Below, piece by piece: positions 57,579-64,000 of a DNA stretch of 64,000 bases (position 1 is its first letter; the number at the start of each line of letters is the position of its first letter). A model generated the notes under the pieces. The model was not told the origin of the DNA. It did no database searches and saw nothing but the letters and a program-made list of their open reading frames with translations. The translations under genes and the position numbers were made by a program. The DNA comes from Deltaproteobacteria bacterium (GTDB lineage Bacteria; Desulfobacterota; DSM-4660; Desulfatiglandales; Desulfatiglandaceae). The DNA lies in contig DAINAR010000003.1 of the NCBI GenBank assembly GCA_036733345.1, positions 8,052 to 72,051 on the forward strand. Reading direction: 5' to 3'.

Positions 57579-59069
57579 CTATCGGCGCCGGGATCCTCCT
57601 AAAATGCCTCCGAGCAGTCCTCGGAATATCTGCCTGCCGATCTGATTGCCGACTGTTCTGGCTGCCTGCTTGGCAAGTGTTTCAGCCATACCCTGCCTGC
57701 GTTTTGTACCCCACATCCACTCACTGAATTTGCCTCTGCTTTCAGACGGTTTTCTCTCCTCAGCCTGATTTGCTTCCGACTCGGCTTCCTGTTTCTCCGT
57801 GGTCCGCCGACCAAGTATCTCATAGGCTGATTCACGGTTTACAGGAAAGTCATACTTGCCGCTTATGGGGCTCCGCATACGAACGGTTGTTCGTTCTTCA
57901 GGCGTGATTGCTCCCATACGGCAGCGCGGCGGGCAGATCATGGTTCGTTCTACCGGCATGGGGATGCCTTTTTCCTGAAGTGTTGAAACCAGCGCCTCTC
58001 CGACGCCGAGCTGTGATATTGCTTCGGCAACACTGAATTTCGGGTTTGAAACAAATGTTTCAGCAGCAGTTTTAACCGCCTTCTGATCGCGAGGGGTATA
58101 GGCCCTCAGTGCGTGCTGTATCCGGTTGCCGAGCTGACCCAGGATTTCATTGGGGATATCATCCGGGAATTGAGAACAGAAGTATATCCCAACTCCCTTT
58201 GAGCGGATAATACGAACGACCTGCTCTACTCTCTGGCGAAGAATTGCAGGAGCATCTTCAAACAGCAGGTGGGCTTCATCAAAGAAAAATACGAGTCTGG
58301 GTCTGTCAAGGTCGCCAACTTCAGGGAGATTTTCGAACAGCTCTGACAGCAGCCACAGAAGGAAACTTGAGTATAATCGCGGCTTCAGGATGAGCTGGTC
58401 TGCAGCAAGAATGTTAATTATTCCGCGCCCGCTGAGGTCGGTCCGCATCAAATCATTAAGATCCAGTGCCGGCTCACCGAAAAAGGCTTCTCCGCCTTCA
58501 CGTTCAAGTGATAAAAGTGCACGCTGAATTGCAGCGATGGACTGTGTACTTACCAGGCCATATTCAGCCGAGATTTTTTTGCGGTTTTCAGCGACGAAGC
58601 TAAGAAGAGCACGAAGGTCATCAAGATCAAGCAGCAGAAGACCCTCATCGTCTGCCAGTTTGAAGGCGATTTCAAGGAGTCCGATCTGGGTATCATTTAT
58701 TTCAAGGATCCTGCCCAGCAGGTTTGGACCTATTTCACTTACTGTAGTGCGTACAGGATGTCCGGAATTTCCGAACATATCCCAGAACAGGACAGGATTG
58801 GCTTCATTCGTATAACCACCAATGCCTATTTTTGCAACACGCTGCTGGATTTTTTCATTGGAAATACCAGCCATTGCGAGTCCGGCGACATCGCCCTTTA
58901 CGTCAGCCATAAATACCGGAACGCCAAGACGGGAGAAGCCTTCTGCCAGCACCAGGAGTGAAATTGTTTTACCAGTACCGGTGGCCCCGGCAATCAAACC
59001 ATGGCGGTTCCCATATTTGGCGAGCAGATTAACAGGCATCTCGCCTTTTCCGACAAGTATCCGGCTCAT
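57579..59069 (-). CDS. DUF853 / YjgR-like HerA-FtsK-superfamily P-loop ATPase
   Basis: RHGLIAGATGTGKT Walker A and VFFFDEAH Walker B. The ATG at 59069 has an AGAGGAGG SD; the track start is 59099. Confidence 0.75.
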   Translation of the reverse strand: MSRILVGKGEMPVNLLAKYGNRHGLIAGATGTGKTISLLVLAEGFSRLGVPVFMADVKGDVAGLAMAGISNEKIQQRVAKIGIGGYTNEANPVLFWDMFGNSGHPVRTTVSEIGPNLLGRILEINDTQIGLLEIAFKLADDEGLLLLDLDDLRALLSFVAENRKKISAEYGLVSTQSIAAIQRALLSLEREGGEAFFGEPALDLNDLMRTDLSGRGIINILAADQLILKPRLYSSFLLWLLSELFENLPEVGDLDRPRLVFFFDEAHLLFEDAPAILRQRVEQVVRIIRSKGVGIYFCSQFPDDIPNEILGQLGNRIQHALRAYTPRDQKAVKTAAETFVSNPKFSVAEAISQLGVGEALVSTLQEKGIPMPVERTMICPPRCRMGAITPEERTTVRMRSPISGKYDFPVNRESAYEILGRRTTEKQEAESEANQAEERKPSESRGKFSEWMWGTKRRQGMAETLAKQAARTVGNQIGRQIFRGLLGGILGGSRRR

Positions 59070-59109
59070 ACGCTGCCTCCTCTTAATGAATGCAGGCATT
59101 ATCGCTCTG

Positions 59110-59175
59110 CTGCAGAAATATTACGCTCTTTATTAATAAACTAAAAGAAAAAACAGAATGAACGACATGAGGCAT
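59110..59175. repeat. Promoter-like repeat, copy 1 (upstream of DUF853 gene)
   Basis: About 65 nt, similar to 59993-60060, with an identical 16-nt core AAACTAAAAGAAAAAA (59138-59153 and 60020-60035). Confidence 0.5.
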
Positions 59176-59180
59176 GATGA

Positions 59181-59576
59181 TTATAATACTCTTTCAATCT
59201 TAGCCCCTCTTTCGGCCAACAGCTCCCTCAGTATGGACCTGTGACACCGTTCCTCATTCTCGCAGTAACATCCCACAGAGAAATCTGCCTGGTGAGACAG
59301 TGCGGCAAGCAGGTCAAGAATTCTGCTCTTGTCAGGATCTGCCATCTCGGCCCTGTATTTCCTGACAAATACCGCCCAGTCCTTATCGGATTCAGCAGTT
59401 TTTCCAAGTTTCATGAGCTCAGCAGAAGGAGCTATGTTAGGAAGCCACACATCATACCAGTTCCGTGATGCATACTCGGTCCTGGGTACACCGCGTGGCG
59501 GACGCCTCACTGTTCCTATGCGCGTTCCTTCTTTTGCTGATCTTTCTGTTCCCAGACGCACAATTCGGATTGCCAT
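59181..59576 (-). CDS. DUF488 (YeaO-like) family protein
   Basis: MAIRIVRLGT...GTRIGTVRRPPRGV...WLPNIAPSAEL...CYCENEERCHRSIL typical of DUF488. Confidence 0.75.
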   Translation of the reverse strand: MAIRIVRLGTERSAKEGTRIGTVRRPPRGVPRTEYASRNWYDVWLPNIAPSAELMKLGKTAESDKDWAVFVRKYRAEMADPDKSRILDLLAALSHQADFSVGCYCENEERCHRSILRELLAERGAKIERVL

Positions 59577-59639
59577 GATATGCCTCTCAAGCTTAATTAT
59601 AATGCTTCTCTATATATTTTTTATCAGCTTGCTATTATG

Positions 59640-59987
59640 TCAATGGGGCATTGTCTGGCAGTTTACTGAAAGCATATTTATTGCCTTTTCCAATGCACGA
59701 TTGAATTCTTCCAGCCGGTTCATCATCAGGAAGTGATCCGCATCTTTCAGAACAATGGCATCAAAGGAAAACATGTGCCGCCGGTTTGCCTCATAGTTAA
59801 CAGGCCACATATCTCCGTTCACCGTTATAACGGGGATGCGGAGCTTATCGAATATCCTGGCTGCTTCTCCTGTGATATACTGTGTCATCATCTCGTTCAT
59901 CGCACTTAAGGCTACCGCAGATGGTGCGGCTGAGATATCCGAGAGTATCCACTTGCGGAGCTGAGGATCTGTTTTAGGTGAAATCAT
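59640..59987 (-). pseudogene. C-terminal remnant of an alpha/beta hydrolase gene
   Basis: The 115-aa ORF contains only the C-terminal part (…IPVITVNGDMWPV…DADHFLMMNRLEEFNRAL, catalytic His region). No nucleophile-elbow region upstream, and repeat copy 2 abuts its ATG. Confidence 0.5.
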
Positions 59988-59992
59988 TTCCC

Positions 59993-60060
59993 CTGCGAAA
60001 TCTTATACGCTTAATATAAAAACTAAAAGAAAAAATCAAAAATGAATAACAATGGAATCA
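59993..60060. repeat. Promoter-like repeat, copy 2 (upstream of hydrolase remnant)
   Basis: See copy 1. On the minus strand both copies end in ...TTTC(T)GCAG, 5-10 nt before an ATG. Confidence 0.5.
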
Positions 60061-60237
60061 ATCCACTCATGCGATAATGAATCGTTACAGGATCAGAATG
60101 CCAAATTCTGATTATGAGGGGGCGATTGAAAAAATCATTTTTCCAAGTCAAAAATGGTAATTGAATCAAAAAGGGTTATCTGCCCAGGTGCTATCTCCTA
60201 TATAAAAGAAAATTACAGGTAATGATGTATGAAATTA

Positions 60238-63200
60238 TCAATCAAATGTATAATTTTTGTCATGAAAAAGCCGTAAACAGGCATCTACAACTTCGGGATC
60301 GTACAGGGTGCCTCTGTTCCTGGCAATTTCATCCAATGCTGCATCTACTCCAAGGGCAGGACGGTAAGGTCGATGCGAGCATATTGCCTCAACCACGTCG
60401 GCAACGGCCAGAATTCTTGACTCAAGAAGTATTTCATCTCCCTTGAGACAGTTCGGATAACCGGACCCGTCCATCCTTTCATGGTGCTCAAGGATCATTC
60501 TCGCAACCGGCCATGGAAAATCGATGTTCTTTAAAATATTGAACCCTGCCTGGGGGTGATCTTTTATTAGGGCGAACTCTATATCTGTCAATCTGGCTGG
60601 CTTGCTGAGAATCTCGGCAGGAATGGAAATTTTACCCAGATCATGAATAGTGGCTGCCGTGCGGAGGCCTTCGATCTTGTCTTTGGACATTTTCATTTCG
60701 GTGGCGATGGCTCGGGCCAGATCGGATACGTTCAGCTGATGGCCAGCGGTATATGGATCTCTCGATTCAACTGTTTCGGCCATCGCCCGAACGGTGGCAC
60801 TTAATCCCTTACGTATCTGTTGAAAGCTCTGTTTGAGATCTTCTGCCAATTTTGTACGCTCGGTGATATCGATACCGACGCCGAAAAAGTAGTCGAACAC
60901 TCCCGCTTCTTTGAAGACAGACCTGCCATGCCATTCCACCAGTAGCCTCTTTCCGTTTTTGGTCAAGACGGTATTATTAGTATATGTAGAGTAATTGGTG
61001 GTGGTGAGTTGCTTGAAAACTTTCGAGACGGATTGCCGTTCTGATTCCGGGACAAAGGTGGTCAGATAGTCAGTGCCCTGAACCTCATCTTCCGTATAAC
61101 CAAGTGCCTGGAGGAGAGCCTCATTCATCATGATCGTCTTTCCGTGCGCACTGATGGCGAAGAAGAATGCGGGGGAGTTCTGGATGAGTGATTCATTAAA
61201 CTCTTTCTCATGCCGGAGTTCCCTAATTGCAGCCTCGCGCTGAAACTCAATGTTCTTTAGATCCGTGATGTCCGCGTTGAATCCATGCCAGATAATGCTC
61301 CCGTCCTCATGTTTTTCCGGCGTTGATCTGCCGAACAGCCATTTGAGGGGTTGACCGGGAACCTGCACCCGGTATTCACATTCCCAGGTGGTCATTTGTT
61401 CGGCAGACGATTCGATGGAAGCAATAAATCTATCCAGATCCTCGGGCAGGACTACCTTCCGTATGGTAGAGAAGTCCTCGCGTACATCTTCAGGCGAACA
61501 CCCGAAGAGATCCCTGATCGCTTCCGTGGTGAAGGGTACGCAATAGGTTCCGTCAGGTTTCCGTATGAACTGATAGATCATTCCAGGAACCTGGGAAGAC
61601 AGCTTCCGAAACCGTTCATCCCGTTCCCGCAATGCCTCTTCCGCCTGTTTCCGCTCGGTGATGTCTCGGATGATCATGCTTGTTCTCTGCTGGCCATAGG
61701 CGTCTGTGAAGATGGTTGATGTGACTTCAACGGGAAAGCCTTCTCCATTGGATCGAAGCATGGTGAACTCTGCATTCAGGCTTTTTCCCGTTCTTGCCCT
61801 TTCCTCCAGCGCTGTCTTCAATCGCGGATCGGATTGATCAACCAGCCCGTTACGCCCAGCTTCCCTGATGTCGTCCACTGATCGGCCGAGCATATTACAT
61901 GCTGCCGGATTGGCGTCAAGGATGGATCCGTCAGGGGCCGTCAGCAGGATGGCATCATTTGATTCTTCGAAGATGGAGCGGTATTTCCTCTCGCTGACCT
62001 TGAGGGACTCTTCAGCCTCCTTGCGGCGTATCGCCTCCACAAAAAAGGTGGCAAGGGTCTGCAGGTCTTCCGCATGTTCCATCGTGTAGCCTGATTCGTT
62101 GTTGGCCATGGCGATCATACCAATCACCGTATCCTGTTCTTTCAGGGGCACGCCCAGGAATGCATTGATTGGGGGGTGACCATCCGGAACACCAACACGC
62201 TCAGGAAAGGATTCCGGATCATTAATGATGAGAGTGTGCTCATGCAGTATAACCTCTCCCCACATACCCCGTATGTCCATGTCCTTGATTTGGGAAACGG
62301 CCTGATCTTCAGCAATCCGACATTCATTCCACTCCGGATTACCCAAAGCGATCGTCGTAAAGCGCCTATCCGAAGTAATCTTACCGATAAAGCCGAATGT
62401 GCTTCCTGTGAGTTCTTGCCCGACATTCAGACACACCTCTGCTACGGACTCGGGAGTGGTTGCTGCCAGGGCTTCTGATAAAACGCGATTAATGGCCCCC
62501 AGCAATCGTTCGTGATGGCGGATTCCTTCTTCCGCTATTGTGCGGGCAGTCACGTCGCGTGCGACAGAGATCAGTCCGACAATCTCTTCATCCCGGATAA
62601 CTGGGGCTCCACTGATTTCGATGTATAGCTTTGATTCATTTTGCGCGATAAACTCATAGGTTGCTGAGGGGATGGTTTTCCCTTTTTGTAAGACCTGATG
62701 GATGTTAGCCATAAGTCGTTCGAAAGATTCCGGCTTGAAAAACTTTTCAAGGATTTTAACAGGCCTTCCGATGAAATAGTGCGGTTTGATCCCTGTGAGT
62801 CTCTCGATGCTCGGAGACATGTTGGTGATTACAAGATCGGCTCCGAGCGTGCATATAACATCCGTAACATTTTCAAAACTCAGTCGGTAACGCTCCTCGA
62901 GTATGCTGAGATTCTGATTTGCAGTTTCCAGATCGGATATCTTTTTTTCAAGTTTGCTGAAAAGGATTTCATTGTATTGCCTGAAAAACTCCATTTCATC
63001 GCCGAGAGGTTTAATCTCTGCCTTACTGTCAGTATGTTTTTTTTCCAGCACCTCATTTAATATATTTATCAGAATATCCGGTTCCTGTGGTTTAAGAATA
63101 AATCTATCAGCCCCAAGGCTCAGTGCAAAGTCCTTGTTTTTAGATTCAGTATATGTGGCGGTGTAAAACACCACAGGTATGTTTTTAAGTGTATCGTCTG

Positions 63201-63408
63201 ATTTCACCTGTCGGCATAAGGTGTAGCCGTCCATTACCGGCATAAGAATATCTGTTACAATCAGATCAGGAGGATTTTCAAGAGCCTTGTCCAGTGCCTC
63301 TTTGCCGTTATTAGCAGAAATTACCTCAAAACCATATCCTTTAAGTATGGTTTCGAACATGTACAGGTTGGTGCTGTTATCATCGACAATTAATACTCGT
63401 TTCGTCAT
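60238..63408 (-). CDS. Response-regulator receiver / multi-PAS-GAF / HD-GYP domain protein (probable c-di-GMP phosphodiesterase)
   Basis: N-terminal REC (VLIVDDN...VTDILMPVMDG), several PAS-like blocks and a GAF-like block, and a C-terminal HD-GYP (IHDLGKI...HHERMDGSGYP). SD GAGGTGAT. Confidence 0.88.
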   Translation of the reverse strand: MTKRVLIVDDNSTNLYMFETILKGYGFEVISANNGKEALDKALENPPDLIVTDILMPVMDGYTLCRQVKSDDTLKNIPVVFYTATYTESKNKDFALSLGADRFILKPQEPDILINILNEVLEKKHTDSKAEIKPLGDEMEFFRQYNEILFSKLEKKISDLETANQNLSILEERYRLSFENVTDVICTLGADLVITNMSPSIERLTGIKPHYFIGRPVKILEKFFKPESFERLMANIHQVLQKGKTIPSATYEFIAQNESKLYIEISGAPVIRDEEIVGLISVARDVTARTIAEEGIRHHERLLGAINRVLSEALAATTPESVAEVCLNVGQELTGSTFGFIGKITSDRRFTTIALGNPEWNECRIAEDQAVSQIKDMDIRGMWGEVILHEHTLIINDPESFPERVGVPDGHPPINAFLGVPLKEQDTVIGMIAMANNESGYTMEHAEDLQTLATFFVEAIRRKEAEESLKVSERKYRSIFEESNDAILLTAPDGSILDANPAACNMLGRSVDDIREAGRNGLVDQSDPRLKTALEERARTGKSLNAEFTMLRSNGEGFPVEVTSTIFTDAYGQQRTSMIIRDITERKQAEEALRERDERFRKLSSQVPGMIYQFIRKPDGTYCVPFTTEAIRDLFGCSPEDVREDFSTIRKVVLPEDLDRFIASIESSAEQMTTWECEYRVQVPGQPLKWLFGRSTPEKHEDGSIIWHGFNADITDLKNIEFQREAAIRELRHEKEFNESLIQNSPAFFFAISAHGKTIMMNEALLQALGYTEDEVQGTDYLTTFVPESERQSVSKVFKQLTTTNYSTYTNNTVLTKNGKRLLVEWHGRSVFKEAGVFDYFFGVGIDITERTKLAEDLKQSFQQIRKGLSATVRAMAETVESRDPYTAGHQLNVSDLARAIATEMKMSKDKIEGLRTAATIHDLGKISIPAEILSKPARLTDIEFALIKDHPQAGFNILKNIDFPWPVARMILEHHERMDGSGYPNCLKGDEILLESRILAVADVVEAICSHRPYRPALGVDAALDEIARNRGTLYDPEVVDACLRLFHDKNYTFD

Positions 63409-63488
63409 ATTTAATCACCTCTTGTCCTTGTGGGAAAAAATCCTGCTTTTTAAATATCTGATTCCTGTCGATTTAACTGATAAGGTTC

Positions 63489-64000
63489 TTACCTTCCGGT
63501 TCGGCTTGCTATAAGCCCAAATGTCACTAGACCGGCTGATATAAAACGCCAGATCCCGAAACCTTCCTTCAGAACGAATGTAGAGATGACCGCAGCTATT
63601 AGAACGCTGGTTTCTCTCAGCGCAGAAACCATAGCCATTGGGGCCAGGGCCAATGCCCAAACTATGATCCAGTATGTCCCAGTCTGCATAGCTCCTCCCA
63701 GAATTCCGATTCGGAAATTATCTCTAACCATCGATAGCATCTTTCGCCCTTTCCAGCAGAATACTACGAGGAAGGTAAGGAGACCGTCACCAATTGTCAG
63801 CCACATGGCAAATCCCAGGACTGACCCGGCCTTTCTGGCTCCCAGACCGTCTGCTACCGTGTAACACGCAATAAATCCTCCTGTCAGTATAGCATAAAAG
63901 ACTGCTTTGGAATTTATCCACAGTCCCTGTCCCTTATCAAAAACCAGGGCCATGACTCCCGACGCGAGGCATAAAACACCGACTAAGGACAAAGGCGCCA
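63489..64000 (-). CDS. EamA/DMT-family transporter, N-terminus beyond window edge
   Basis: Hydrophobic EamA-like repeat (…ALRETSVLIAAVISTFVLKE…). Only about half the length of a typical two-domain EamA protein is present, and the frame stays open to the window end. Confidence 0.65.
   Translation of the reverse strand, partial: APLSLVGVLCLASGVMALVFDKGQGLWINSKAVFYAILTGGFIACYTVADGLGARKAGSVLGFAMWLTIGDGLLTFLVVFCWKGRKMLSMVRDNFRIGILGGAMQTGTYWIIVWALALAPMAMVSALRETSVLIAAVISTFVLKEGFGIWRFISAGLVTFGLIASRTGR

Noticed and set aside
60092-60112. Hairpin ATCAGAAT-gccaa-ATTCTGAT as terminator of the HD-GYP gene.
   Set aside because: An 8-bp AT-rich stem with no U-tract on either strand, lying 125 nt from the stop. 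Insufficient evidence for a terminator call.

Overview
This is an AT-rich (by eye) bacterial chromosomal window, densely coded, with no rRNA, tRNA, CRISPR array, transposase or integrase that I could find. Gene content suggests an anaerobic Desulfobacterota-type (Desulfobacterales-like) genome; this is inference only.

Layout:
- 1-4.0 kb: partial transporter, hypotheticals and a DUF4388 protein.
- 4.6-9.5 kb: livJHMGF branched-chain amino-acid ABC transporter, followed by a USP gene.
- 10.2-16.8 kb (minus strand): hdrC-hdrB-hdrA-mvhD-metV-metF, the Hdr-coupled methylene-THF reductase cluster.
- 17.3-45.6 kb: a roughly 28-kb nitrogen-assimilation island.
  - Minus strand: gdhA, a receiver/PPDK_N protein, a stand-alone GltB-FMN-domain protein, a GAF-ANTAR regulator, an Fe-ADH plus DegT aminotransferase pair, and a NifA-like sigma-54 activator.
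  - Plus strand: glnA (behind a canonical sigma-54 promoter), a class II aaRS-core paralogue, gltB, gltD, hisH, hisF, carA, carB and purF.
- 45.6-64 kb: mgtC, an MscS-family channel, an alpha/beta-hydrolase / C45 / GNAT / M20 operon, small repair and redox genes, a FecR-OmpA-CHASE2 hybrid-kinase module, DUF853, DUF488, a hydrolase gene remnant, a REC-PAS/GAF-HD-GYP protein and a partial EamA transporter.

Most interesting observations:
- A candidate ANTAR dual-hexaloop antiterminator/terminator leader directly downstream of the GAF-ANTAR gene.
- The glutamine-centred supra-operon, with gltBD-hisHF translationally chained.
- The aaRS-like gene between glnA and gltB.
- Two families of mosaic multi-hairpin intergenic repeats.

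I did not find a clear-cut novel multi-gene system such as a defence system. All calls are by eye, with no searches run, and hand-counted coordinates of small motifs may be off by 1-2 nt.
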